A DNA stretch of 64,000 nt from an uncultured Christensenella sp. GTDB taxonomy: Bacteria > Bacillota > Clostridia > Christensenellales > UBA1242. The DNA lies in the NCBI GenBank assembly GCA_949294455.1, contig CASFHD010000001.1:76215-140214 (forward strand), read 5' to 3'. The translations under genes were made by a program, and so were the position numbers. Below the pieces are notes generated by a model. The model ran no database searches, had not been told where the DNA came from, and was given only the letters and a program-made list of their open reading frames with translations. Numbering within the stretch: position 1 is the first letter of the stretch; the number at the start of each line of letters is the position of its first letter. Shown in pieces: positions 40,232 through 50,573 of this stretch.

Positions 40232-40714
40232 CTATTTTCTTTTCTTGTCTGTAATATTATCAATTGCAATAACCAATGAAACCAAAAAAGGTAAATCTTC
40301 CTCATTAGCTTCCAACTCAAAACTATCCACAAAGAATGTAATATTTCTTCTTATTGTACCAAAAAGTTCTCCGTTTTTTAAAATTCTAGATTCAAGCGAA
40401 AAGAACTTCCCTTCAATTTGAATTTCATCTTTGTATCCTGTAATAAAATATTCGTTTTTAAAATTAAAAAATTTATCTTTAACTTTAGCTATTTTATTAT
40501 TGTCAGAATCATAAATGTAAGCACTATGAACAAACCAATTAAACCATTTGTTTCTTACTGTATATAATATGTTACCATTTGCATCACAAACTTTTTTCTT
40601 TCGAGTAGGGCTTAAAATTTTTCCTTTAACAACAAAAACTAAATTTTTGTTTTCATCTAACACCTCAGAACTGCCACCCCAAGAAAACATTTTATTTTTA
40701 ACATAAACCTTCAT
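40232..40714 (-). CDS. LURP-one-related / YxjI family protein (tubby-like fold)
   Basis: Pattern MFSWGG...VVKGK...IEGKFFSLES...LVSLVIAIDNI parallels B. subtilis YxjI. Confidence 0.75.
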   Translation of the reverse strand: MKVYVKNKMFSWGGSSEVLDENKNLVFVVKGKILSPTRKKKVCDANGNILYTVRNKWFNWFVHSAYIYDSDNNKIAKVKDKFFNFKNEYFITGYKDEIQIEGKFFSLESRILKNGELFGTIRRNITFFVDSFELEANEEDLPFLVSLVIAIDNITDKKRK

Positions 40715-40726
40715 AAAGCGATCCTT

Positions 40727-41224
40727 TTATAAATATTTTTTTAGCACAAAAATTAACGTTATAATTAAGGCTATCCATAATAAGATTTTCACACCTATTA
40801 AAATTTTATATCTCTTTTTCACTTGTTCATCAATGTAATATGAATTTTCAATCACTTCGACTTCACAATCTGATTTAATATCAACAGCTTTAGCATTTGA
40901 TGAATTATTAAAAGCGACTACGACCTTATTAGTTTCTTTTAAGTTTATTTTAAATTTGCAATTTATAGCAATAAATTTTCTATCATAAGGTGGATCCAAT
41001 ATACCAAATATGCTTATAACAAAGAATATCATAGCCATTAAAAACCAAATTCTACTTTTCAACTCCAATTGTCTCAAAATAACAACTTCAACACAATCTT
41101 TGTCTGTAGTATAATTAGTTTCTAAAGAATTAAACTTATTCCTTTTTAATCTAACACTTTTACCATCTATAAAAACACTTGAAACAGCATTTGAACCGGT
41201 TAATTTTAAATTAAGTTCTTTCAT
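40727..41224 (-). CDS. Hypothetical membrane protein (two TM segments)
   Basis: 165-aa ORF, 12 nt upstream of the YxjI-like gene and 1 nt downstream of the preceding ORF. No family recognised. Confidence 0.6.
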   Translation of the reverse strand: MKELNLKLTGSNAVSSVFIDGKSVRLKRNKFNSLETNYTTDKDCVEVVILRQLELKSRIWFLMAMIFFVISIFGILDPPYDRKFIAINCKFKINLKETNKVVVAFNNSSNAKAVDIKSDCEVEVIENSYYIDEQVKKRYKILIGVKILLWIALIITLIFVLKKYL

Positions 41225-41225
41225 A

Positions 41226-41669
41226 TTAGTTCCCTCTCAACAAAACAAAAATAATTATAATAATAGAAATTAAAACTAACACGGAAAAAACAATTCGAGC
41301 AGTGTGTTTGTTATTTCTGTCCAACAATAAAAACACTACAGATAAAATAGCACAAATAATACCAATAGGTGCTAAAAATTTCCAAGCGTAAACCATAAAA
41401 CTAGCAAATTTTCCTACAAATTCACCAGTTGATGTTAACATACTCCAATAATTAGGGAAAATAGCGAACACTAAACCAAGTGTACAAATCATCATTATAA
41501 TACCAAACATTATAAGGAAAACCGAGATTAATGTAGTGATTATAGATGCAACACAAAGCAACAGACAAACAATAGATATATTTGATAAAATTTTACCAAA
41601 TCTACTGCAATACATCATAAAATATGTTGAATTTGAACGCAATTTCTGAGTAGTTACTATATCATTCAT
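41226..41669 (-). CDS. Hypothetical polytopic membrane protein
   Basis: 147 aa with 4 hydrophobic segments. First gene of a tightly packed three-gene unit. Confidence 0.6.
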   Translation of the reverse strand: MNDIVTTQKLRSNSTYFMMYCSRFGKILSNISIVCLLLCVASIITTLISVFLIMFGIIMMICTLGLVFAIFPNYWSMLTSTGEFVGKFASFMVYAWKFLAPIGIICAILSVVFLLLDRNNKHTARIVFSVLVLISIIIIIFVLLRGN

Positions 41670-41773
41670 ATGAACTCCTACTTATAGCATATTCTTAATA
41701 TATCTAATTGTATGATAACAAATAAAATATATAGTTGTCAAATATTAAATTTAAATTTTAATAAATAAAATTA

Positions 41774-42895
41774 TCATTCATAAATAACATTTCCAATAGC
41801 ATATTTTATATGCATATTTTTAGAATTAGATTGTACAGGAGATAAAATTATAAATTTGTTATAATTATCAAAAAACGTCATTCCCTTACTCCAACCTGTT
41901 TGTAAAATTCTGTTATCATATTCAATTAAAGATGGAATTTTATTCCAAGTTTTACAATCGCCACTAAATAAAAAACTACCCAAATTTAAACCTATTTCTC
42001 CATTGTCTCGTTTTGCATTTAAAAGAATCGTTCCATCTTCATTACCTTTTGGCGTATATATGCAATAAGGCATACTACCAAGAAAATAACCTTCTTTAGT
42101 TGTTGCCTTAATGCCCATTTCATTAGGATTACCAAAATCTAAACCATCATTAGAAAGTTTGTAATAAATTCCATTACATTCAGTGCCTACTATTTCATAA
42201 CATAAAAAATACTTATCTTTCATTTTTGCTACAATAGGCATACCAGGTCTTAAACTATTATTTAATGCTACTATTAATTTTTCTTTTTGCCAAGTCTTTC
42301 CACCGTCGACAGATTTCATTAAACCAATAACTTGATTATATTTATCTTTCGTATGCAACCTTTCATCAGAAAAAATAACCACTAAGTCATTAAATTTATC
42401 TAAATAAATAAAAGGTTCCCAAACCGGACCTAAAAAACTAAAGTTTTGTTCAATTGGTGCCCCTCCCAAAGCAATAGAAGAACGATACTCCCAGGTTTTA
42501 CCACAATCTCTACTTATAAACAACAATAATTCAGTTGATGACATATCTTTAGGAATAGAATTTCCAGCATAAATTATTGTGCCCTTTTTTAAATCCGCAA
42601 CATCGCATTCCAATTCATATAAAACAGGCTGAAATCTCATTCCAAAATTATTCTTCACATCTTTGATTTTACTAATCAAAGTCCAACTAATTCCACCATC
42701 TAAACTTCTGTAAATAGGTGCAAATGGAGGTTCTTTTTTAGAATAATTTTCAAAAGTAGCCAATAAAACATTTTTCTTTCCAGAATGTCTTAATTCAATC
42801 ACGCGCGGATACATACACCCTGTAGGATTCCCAATTTGATACTTAGAAGGTGCATATAAAATACCTTCAAACTCTTTTGTTATTTTTATAGCCAT
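41774..42895 (-). CDS. BNR/Asp-box repeat protein (sialidase-like beta-propeller), no signal peptide
   Basis: Three Asp-boxes: SLDGGISWT, SRDCGKTWE and SVDGGKTWQ. Confidence 0.8.
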   Translation of the reverse strand: MAIKITKEFEGILYAPSKYQIGNPTGCMYPRVIELRHSGKKNVLLATFENYSKKEPPFAPIYRSLDGGISWTLISKIKDVKNNFGMRFQPVLYELECDVADLKKGTIIYAGNSIPKDMSSTELLLFISRDCGKTWEYRSSIALGGAPIEQNFSFLGPVWEPFIYLDKFNDLVVIFSDERLHTKDKYNQVIGLMKSVDGGKTWQKEKLIVALNNSLRPGMPIVAKMKDKYFLCYEIVGTECNGIYYKLSNDGLDFGNPNEMGIKATTKEGYFLGSMPYCIYTPKGNEDGTILLNAKRDNGEIGLNLGSFLFSGDCKTWNKIPSLIEYDNRILQTGWSKGMTFFDNYNKFIILSPVQSNSKNMHIKYAIGNVIYE

Positions 42896-43251
42896 TATAC
42901 CTCCTGCAAATTTTGATAAAAATAAAAACCAATTAATTCAGCCACAAATTATAAAACTATTTTTCTATTGTTTATAAATAATTTAAACGATAACATTATA
43001 AAATAAAAAAAATAAAATGTAAACATAATTTTTAAATTATTAATTAGGTATTGAAAAATTCAGCCAATTATGTTATTGTAATGTACAAAGGAAGTTTGTG
43101 TGGAAAATTTATTCTATAAACAAACAAAATATATTTTCAATTATTTTTTCATAATTACTTTAAAATAAATACTGCTTAATCATTTTTTAATTCATAAATA
43201 TTCTGTCTTATCAAGATCTTATTATAAAATTAAAAAAGATTATTATTAATC

Positions 43252-43977
43252 CTATTTCAAATTTTGTTTTTCTTTTCTACAAAACAACCTTACAATAGAC
43301 CAATCTTTGACTTTTAAAGTGCACATTTCGTAAATTTGTAACAAAATTGTGTAAAGTAGAATAAATAAAATCCCAACAACATACCAAGTTAACCCTGTAC
43401 CACTTAAAATAGGTGAGTTTAAATACATATTGTTGCTTTGACCTAAAACACTATTTCCAAACACAGCAAACACAACCATAAACGCTAATCCTATTGGAAC
43501 TGAACACCATTTATTAAAACTAGGTACAAAGTATCCTGTAACAACCGCTAGTAACGCAATATACATCATAAGTGTATGATACAAAAGTCCTGTAAATGGA
43601 TGAATGTTAAATATATTATCGAAATACACTAAAAAATCTGGATATACAAATGTTAAAAATCCTCCAATAAAACCAGAAAATATAGCATATTGATAGATTT
43701 TTGAACTAGGCTTAAAAAACAATACAGTTAGGGGTAATATAAACCCCATCATAGAACAAAATGTATCGGGTATAAAATCAATAAAATTTGCAGAGCGTGA
43801 TTTTGAAACGACTATTCTATTTATTATTATTAAAATCAGCCCTATTACTGCCAAAATCTTAATAGGTATTTTTATTTTTTCCTTTGGAACATAAATTTTG
43901 ATTAAAATTAATGAGAGAATAATAACAAATAAAGTGATAACCATATATAATATATGCTCTATGCCATAAATTTTCAT
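43252..43977 (-). CDS. Polytopic integral membrane protein (family not confidently recognised; possibly YwaF/TIGR02206-like)
   Basis: About 7 TM segments. Start set at ATG 43977 (MKIYGIEH...), with GGAG 7 nt upstream. Confidence 0.6.
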   Translation of the reverse strand: MKIYGIEHILYMVITLFVIILSLILIKIYVPKEKIKIPIKILAVIGLILIIINRIVVSKSRSANFIDFIPDTFCSMMGFILPLTVLFFKPSSKIYQYAIFSGFIGGFLTFVYPDFLVYFDNIFNIHPFTGLLYHTLMMYIALLAVVTGYFVPSFNKWCSVPIGLAFMVVFAVFGNSVLGQSNNMYLNSPILSGTGLTWYVVGILFILLYTILLQIYEMCTLKVKDWSIVRLFCRKEKQNLK

Positions 43978-44027
43978 AAAAAACTCCATAGATATTCTAT
44001 CAAATTATAAAAAAAATAGAAAGCGAT

Positions 44028-44330
44028 TTATTTAATAAATATTAACAAAGCATTTTTTTTCTCATCGCTCATATTTTTTAATATTTCAAGAAATTCCATA
44101 TCTCTATCAAAATTTTTGTAGTCGTGATAAAAGAATTTTTCAGGTGAACAGTTGCAAACATCAAGAATTTTAAAAAACACTTCAAGACTAGGTAAAAAAT
44201 CTTTTTGCGTTTCAAGTCTATTGATATAACTTTCGTGCATATCTATCTTTAGAGATAATGCTCTTGCAGACAAATTGTTTTCTCTACGAATAGTTCCTAT
44301 TCTAAATATTAGTTCTTCTTTATTCATCAT
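44028..44330 (-). CDS. XRE-family helix-turn-helix transcriptional regulator
   Basis: HTH_3 pattern: IRRENNLSARALSLKIDMHESYINRLE. Confidence 0.8.
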   Translation of the reverse strand: MMNKEELIFRIGTIRRENNLSARALSLKIDMHESYINRLETQKDFLPSLEVFFKILDVCNCSPEKFFYHDYKNFDRDMEFLEILKNMSDEKKNALLIFIK

Positions 44331-44495
44331 ATCACCTTCACATTTAGTATAAAATATTTGTTTAAAACTCTATTTGAATTAGAATTGTCAATATTGTATT
44401 TGTTTCAATTTTTTATTGAATTATACTCAATGTAGTTGATTTTTATAGAATTTAATGTTATATTCAATTAACGCAAGTTTAAAAGGAGGTGAATT

Positions 44496-45005
44496 ATGGA
44501 GTACAATAAAATAAAACGAACAACAGAACTTGTAGCTGGAATTTTAGGTTTAGTATTTGGTATTGGAATACTTATTGCCTCACTTACTATCGCTATCATA
44601 GCGTTAAACACTCAACCATTTGTTTTTAACTTTTTATTTGTGTGTTACTTGTTAATGGCAATTTTTGCTATTATTGAAATTGTGTTTAGTGCTAAAGTTA
44701 TAAAATCGCCTGTACAAGAAAATGGAGTACTTAATACAAATATTACAAGAATCTGTTTAATAATTTTCAGTGCTTGTATTAGCAATATTTTTACTTTTGT
44801 TTTAATGATTATTGTAATGTGTTTGCCAGATTTTGTAGATGGAAACAAGAAAAAAGAAAAAAGACTTAAATTTATTAATACTCAACCTAAAAACGACACT
44901 GTTGAACAAAAAATCAACGAATTAAAACATCTTAAAGACCTTGGCGTAATAAATGATGTTACATACAATAAGGCAATTGAAAAAATCATCAATGATTTAA
45001 AATAA
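44496..45005 (+). CDS. Membrane protein with a C-terminal SHOCT domain
   Basis: Three to four TM segments. C-terminus KINELKHLKDLGVINDVTYNKAIEKIINDL is SHOCT-like. AGGAGG RBS. Confidence 0.7.
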   Translation: MEYNKIKRTTELVAGILGLVFGIGILIASLTIAIIALNTQPFVFNFLFVCYLLMAIFAIIEIVFSAKVIKSPVQENGVLNTNITRICLIIFSACISNIFTFVLMIIVMCLPDFVDGNKKKEKRLKFINTQPKNDTVEQKINELKHLKDLGVINDVTYNKAIEKIINDLK

Positions 45006-45010
45006 TGAAA

Positions 45011-45037
45011 AGCTGAACTTAAGTTCGGCTTTTTTAT
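45011..45037 (+). terminator. Rho-independent terminator
   Basis: AGCTGAAC-TTAA-GTTCGGCT followed by TTTTTT. Confidence 0.8.
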
Positions 45038-45282
45038 TATCTTTGTCCAAACTGATACTCAAAATAATATAGGAGTTTAAAATTAAATTATTTGCACAAA
45101 GAAAAGAATAGTTTATAAATAAAATGATTAATTTTATCTACATTAAAACAACATATTAATAGAATCTTGAATATTTTCTAAAAAAATTTGACTTATTGTT
45201 TTTTTATATGCAATACTTATAATAAGTTATACATCTTTTCACATAATACTTTTAACTTGCGTATAACACAGGGAGGAGATTT

Positions 45283-48200
45283 ATGAAAAAGAAAATTTTT
45301 ATTTGGGTCTTTGCATTGGCTATGATATTACCTAGTGCTATCATTTTGAGTGCTTGCGGTGGAAAGAAAAAAACTCCACAAATAACTGAAACAGGTATAA
45401 CCATTTATATTGATGAAAAAGAAGTAACCAATGAATTTAACACAATAGAAATTTTTTACGGCGATTATGAAAATACCGCCGAAATGATAAGTACTAAATT
45501 ATCTGTAATAGTAAATTATAGTGATAATACTTCTAGCAATGTAGTTTATGGAGATGGTGGATTTACAGTTTCTGGTCTGCCTCAAAATTTGAATGCTAAC
45601 GAACAAGGCTATAATCTTACCTTAAACTATAAAAATTTCAATGAAAATTTAAAACTTATTATACATAAGGCAACTATAGATTTTCAGTATGTTGGTTGGA
45701 GTTATGATGATTCTGATCCATTTACTTATGATGGGGAAGAAAAAACTATTGAGTTAGTAAATGTTCCAAATCTTGTTGAAGTTTCTTATGAACATAATAT
45801 AAAAGAAAATGCTGGAACATACAATGCAACTGCTATTATTGAGTATGATGAGAGTAATTATAACATAATAAATGACGAAGATTTAATTTTATCTCAACAA
45901 TGGACTATAAATAAAGCACAAATTGACATGTGGTCAGTAAATTGGGATTATTCTACCTCACAACCATATACTTATGATGGAACGCAAAAAGAAGTAAAAC
46001 TAATGAATTTGCCAGAAGTCATTACCGTAAGTTATGAAAATAACACTGCTACGAATTCGGGTAATTATTCAGCAATAGCAACATTAAACTATGATACGGC
46101 AAACTATGAATTAATTAACAAAAATTTTGATGATACAATAAATTGGGAAATAAACAAACAAAAAGTAAATACACCTACCCAAAAAGGTGGCAGATTGTTT
46201 TACAATGGTCAAGAGCAGTCAGGAGTTAATTACAACATAGAAGATAGCAACAATTTATTTACAGTTAACGGAACAATAAGTTCTACTAATGCAGGTCAAT
46301 ATTCTGTAACATTTACATTAATTGATACAACAAACTATGAATGGGATGATAGTACTATTAACAATATTATCATAGAATGGGAAATTGAAAAAGTTCCACT
46401 TTATTTTAGTGGCACAAGTTGGGATTATAACACTTACGAACCATTTACCTATGACGGAGAAGAAAAAACAGTTGCGGTTATAAATCTTCCAGAAGGTGTA
46501 ACTATTAAAAACTATACAGGAACAACATCAGAAACAAATGCTGGAACTTACACGGCAGGTGTTGAGTTTAATTATGATGATGTAAACTATTATCTTTCAG
46601 GTGAGCCACAAGAACTTGAGTGGAAAATTGAAAAAGCTCAAAACACAATAACTGGCACGTTGGTTTTTGAAGGTAAAACTTACGGCGAAGCACTTGGCGA
46701 ACCTAGCGGAGTGACAGCATCACATGGAGATATAACTTATAAATATTATAATAGTGAGTATACGGAAATTTCTAAACCCACAAATGTTGGAACTTATTAT
46801 GTAAAGGGTTTCTCTGTTGGCGACAACAACTGGATAGCCCAAGAAACTGAATTTAAACAATTCTTTATTTCAAGGAAATATATTGCTGACCCAGAATTAG
46901 TTAGAAATAGTTTTATTCATACGGGAACTGCTTTTACACCAGAATTAGCTGAGGAAATTGATGAAAGTATAATTCAAATGTCTGGCGATTTAACAAAAAC
47001 AGACATCGGCGATTACACTATCACATTTACACTAAAAGATAAAACAAATTATGGCTGGCTGAGTGAATATAACACAGCAAATGAAACTAATGATATTACA
47101 TTAAATTGGAGCATTATTGACAGTCCTTTAACTATGACATTGAATAATAAAGCTCTTTCTGCAAGCGAATTTGAAGCTCGTACACAAGTAGAGATTGGCG
47201 ACAAATGGCAAGTTTCTGTCAGTGAAGGTTATAATTATAGTTTAGACTATGAGTATTTAAACGAAAGTGGCAATAAAGTATGGTCATATAATACTGACGA
47301 AGGACGTTACGGCAATTTAACAGTCAATCCATCACATCTTACTTATGTAATCGAAATCACACAAAGTGCGGAAGTTGTTTACACAAAAACAATAACTGTA
47401 AATCACGACATCTTTGAAAATGTTATGGTTGGCGACACAGAAATGACCTTTGACGAGTTTGTCGCAAATCCTTCAGTTGAATACGGCAAAAATTTAAAAT
47501 TTAACTTAAAAACAGAGTATGAGGATATATTTACTTTTAGTCAAAACAATTTCACAATAACTGAAGACACGATTATAACTATAAATTATCAATTAATAGG
47601 TACTAGAGTTTATAAAACAATTAATGTAGTATGCGTATTCGACCCCATAGAAAATATAACAATAAATTCACAAACTCTTTCTTACGAAGAATTTATTGCT
47701 AATCCATTAGTTAAATATGGAGATGAACTATCTATAAATTTTAAATCTAATTATGATGGATTCTACACATATTTCTCATTCCCTTATATTGTAAAAGATG
47801 ACGTCGAAATTACTATTTACACTCCTACAGGAGAAACCTTTGAAACCATTAATGTGAATTGTCGAATTAATGTATTAAGCAATATTTTAATAGATGGCGA
47901 AAGTGTGTCTTATGAAGAATTTTTGCAAATGGAATCTATACATTTAGGTAGCACTTTAACTTTCACTGTTAATGAAGAATTTGCAGACATTATTCAAGTT
48001 TCAACTTATAATAATGGTCAAAAAGTTGTTTTAACAGGTCAACAAACATATACATTTAACGAAGTGGGCAGTTGGCAGTTAAATATTAGAGAAACAGAGA
48101 CTCAAAATTATATTGATGATATATTTTTAATTGTTGTTTTATTTGATAGTATTGAAATTAATGATAAAACTTTTGACATATCTTCTTCAACTTCTGTGGA

Positions 48201-50355
48201 ATATGGTAGAGATTTAGGAGAAAGCACTTTTGAAATTTCATTTGATAGCAATTTGCTTAACGAATATGATTTATACTATGAAATGAATTCTTCTAAGATC
48301 AAACTAACTCAATCAACCTTTGAAGTTTCAATAGATGAAAATGAAGAATATGCTTATGCTTATATTTATGCGTATATAAATGACGAGTATTTGCAAGTTT
48401 TATCAATTAGTTTTACAAGTTTTTGCCCTGTTGAAATGGTATCAATGCAAGTTTATCAACAAAATTATATAGATAATCCACAATATAACATTTACAATAA
48501 TGAAATAAGTATAACAAGTAATGGGGTTATTAATAGTTTAAATCTAACATATAAAGATGGTTATACTGATTGCACATATAAAATTTTTGATGAAAGTGGG
48601 GCTGAAATTCAAGATTTCACAACCATTAAAAACGCAACATATACCATTAAAATTTATTCTAATAACAGCGAAATATATTCATTCTTATTTAAAGTTAAAT
48701 ACCAATTTGATAATTTGATTAATGGTATGCAAAATTTAGGAGATAAAAATGTTGCTTTAATTATTGCAAATGAAGGCACTTTAAATGTTCCAAGTTTAAC
48801 CGACACCCATTACTATACCAACCAAACTATGACGTTTAATGATAGTAGTTCAGTGACATTAACAGATGGTCAACAAACAATTGAGGTGGTTTACACTTTC
48901 ACAGCAAATGAAAAAACTTACACCTACACATTCGATTTAATAGCAGAGTATGTTCCGCAAGAAGAAAGTCCAATACATTATGTAACAAATATAACTGTAA
49001 ATTATACGGATATATGGGGAAATTCTTATGAAGTTAGTTTTGATAACAATTTGCAATATTCAGATGGATCGTATAGTTTATCAGATATAGCATTTGTTGA
49101 AGAAGATAATATTGAAATTACTTCTAATTATACAGTTACTTCAAAAGAAATAAAATTTACTGATGATAAAACATCTTGCTGGTTAGAATATACAATTTCC
49201 ATTGATGGGCAATATAAAACTTTTAGAGCTTATATTAAAACTTATGGAACAATATCAAACAATACTAATGCTCAAATAATATTTTCAGATGCTAAAACAG
49301 AACTTGACATTACTGATTTAATTATTAATAATTCTTACACTATTGAAAAAGTTAATGTTTTTGGGGATATAGACATAATTTTAGAAGATGAAAATGCAAG
49401 AATTGAGTATTATTTCAATGGCGAAATTATTGATAGATACAATTTTGAATTAAATTCAATTGGAACTTATACAGTAAAAATATTTTCATCAGACAACACT
49501 GCAACAAGGTCCATAAATATTATAGTTCAAGACTATGAAAGCTTAATGTTTGAAGTTTTCTATGAAGGTGAAAGACTTTATCTTGAATATTCTGATGCTG
49601 GTCCATTAGGCAATATGACAATGAAATATGACGAACTAACAGGTCCTTACTTTATTGGTTATTTCGGTGAAGCAAATTTAACTGGAACGCAAGTTACCAT
49701 TTCTGGAAACACTGCTTATGAAGAAATGTTGTATTGTTCAGACAAAGTTACACCTATAACAAATCTTGATAATCTTGTGCTAGATATAATGACCGACACA
49801 GATGGCACATTAACTGGAATTGTTGGTGGCAAATATGTGTTAGTATATGCCAAAATTGAAGGTATAGATTTTGCAGTGTATTTCATATTTGAAGATAGAC
49901 CGCCATATCCTATGACATTCTGTTTTGACACAGATAATGATAACGAAATAACTGAAAACGACACGCAAATTAGTTTAAAAGTTGATTTAGATGAACTTGG
50001 AACAGGCATTATGGATTTGGGAGATTTCTATATTGGAGAAAGTGGTCCAAGTGTTGAAGTAACAAGAGAAGAACTTGGAATGGCTGAAACCGAAACAACT
50101 GTTAGTGCAACTGTAAATTGGTTATCAACTTTTGAAGATTATAGTTATCAATGTTTTATAGATTTACCAGAAGGGCAAGAAATGCCTGAATTAATAGGTC
50201 CAAGTGAAGAAACTTTGAGTGCAGAAATAACATTAGATTTTGAAGATGCCGGAAATGGCACATACACAGCTAAAATATATGTTTGTACTGAAGGCACTAC
50301 ATTAGAAACATTTAAGGATTTAACGGTGTTAGTAACTTTTATATTGATTAATTAA
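45283..50355 (+). CDS. Large (1,690 aa) surface lipoprotein with MBG (YGX-type)-like repeats and a second repeat family
   Basis: Lipoprotein signal MKKKIFIWVFALAMILPSAIILSAC. About 6 repeats of the type W.Y....P(F/Y)TYDG..K.V.L.NLP..V...Y.....NAGTY.A......D..NY. GGAGG RBS. Confidence 0.8.
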   Translation: MKKKIFIWVFALAMILPSAIILSACGGKKKTPQITETGITIYIDEKEVTNEFNTIEIFYGDYENTAEMISTKLSVIVNYSDNTSSNVVYGDGGFTVSGLPQNLNANEQGYNLTLNYKNFNENLKLIIHKATIDFQYVGWSYDDSDPFTYDGEEKTIELVNVPNLVEVSYEHNIKENAGTYNATAIIEYDESNYNIINDEDLILSQQWTINKAQIDMWSVNWDYSTSQPYTYDGTQKEVKLMNLPEVITVSYENNTATNSGNYSAIATLNYDTANYELINKNFDDTINWEINKQKVNTPTQKGGRLFYNGQEQSGVNYNIEDSNNLFTVNGTISSTNAGQYSVTFTLIDTTNYEWDDSTINNIIIEWEIEKVPLYFSGTSWDYNTYEPFTYDGEEKTVAVINLPEGVTIKNYTGTTSETNAGTYTAGVEFNYDDVNYYLSGEPQELEWKIEKAQNTITGTLVFEGKTYGEALGEPSGVTASHGDITYKYYNSEYTEISKPTNVGTYYVKGFSVGDNNWIAQETEFKQFFISRKYIADPELVRNSFIHTGTAFTPELAEEIDESIIQMSGDLTKTDIGDYTITFTLKDKTNYGWLSEYNTANETNDITLNWSIIDSPLTMTLNNKALSASEFEARTQVEIGDKWQVSVSEGYNYSLDYEYLNESGNKVWSYNTDEGRYGNLTVNPSHLTYVIEITQSAEVVYTKTITVNHDIFENVMVGDTEMTFDEFVANPSVEYGKNLKFNLKTEYEDIFTFSQNNFTITEDTIITINYQLIGTRVYKTINVVCVFDPIENITINSQTLSYEEFIANPLVKYGDELSINFKSNYDGFYTYFSFPYIVKDDVEITIYTPTGETFETINVNCRINVLSNILIDGESVSYEEFLQMESIHLGSTLTFTVNEEFADIIQVSTYNNGQKVVLTGQQTYTFNEVGSWQLNIRETETQNYIDDIFLIVVLFDSIEINDKTFDISSSTSVEYGRDLGESTFEISFDSNLLNEYDLYYEMNSSKIKLTQSTFEVSIDENEEYAYAYIYAYINDEYLQVLSISFTSFCPVEMVSMQVYQQNYIDNPQYNIYNNEISITSNGVINSLNLTYKDGYTDCTYKIFDESGAEIQDFTTIKNATYTIKIYSNNSEIYSFLFKVKYQFDNLINGMQNLGDKNVALIIANEGTLNVPSLTDTHYYTNQTMTFNDSSSVTLTDGQQTIEVVYTFTANEKTYTYTFDLIAEYVPQEESPIHYVTNITVNYTDIWGNSYEVSFDNNLQYSDGSYSLSDIAFVEEDNIEITSNYTVTSKEIKFTDDKTSCWLEYTISIDGQYKTFRAYIKTYGTISNNTNAQIIFSDAKTELDITDLIINNSYTIEKVNVFGDIDIILEDENARIEYYFNGEIIDRYNFELNSIGTYTVKIFSSDNTATRSINIIVQDYESLMFEVFYEGERLYLEYSDAGPLGNMTMKYDELTGPYFIGYFGEANLTGTQVTISGNTAYEEMLYCSDKVTPITNLDNLVLDIMTDTDGTLTGIVGGKYVLVYAKIEGIDFAVYFIFEDRPPYPMTFCFDTDNDNEITENDTQISLKVDLDELGTGIMDLGDFYIGESGPSVEVTREELGMAETETTVSATVNWLSTFEDYSYQCFIDLPEGQEMPELIGPSEETLSAEITLDFEDAGNGTYTAKIYVCTEGTTLETFKDLTVLVTFILIN

Positions 50356-50364
50356 AATCATTTA

Positions 50365-50398
50365 AAAGACCAATCAGTTTTGATTGGTCTTTTTTATT
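50365..50398 (+). terminator. Rho-independent terminator
   Basis: AAAGACCAATCA-GTTT-TGATTGGTCTTT followed by a T-run. Confidence 0.85.
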
Positions 50399-50573
50399 TC
50401 AAAACACAGAAGTTAAATACAAAATATAATTTCATAGTTATATATATTTTTTAAGATATTATGACTTAAAACTACAGATTTCATTGATTCCTTTATTATT
50501 TATTAATCTATTAATGATGTTTGACTTTTAACTTACAATATTATAAAATTATTTAGTAATAAAGGGGAATTAT

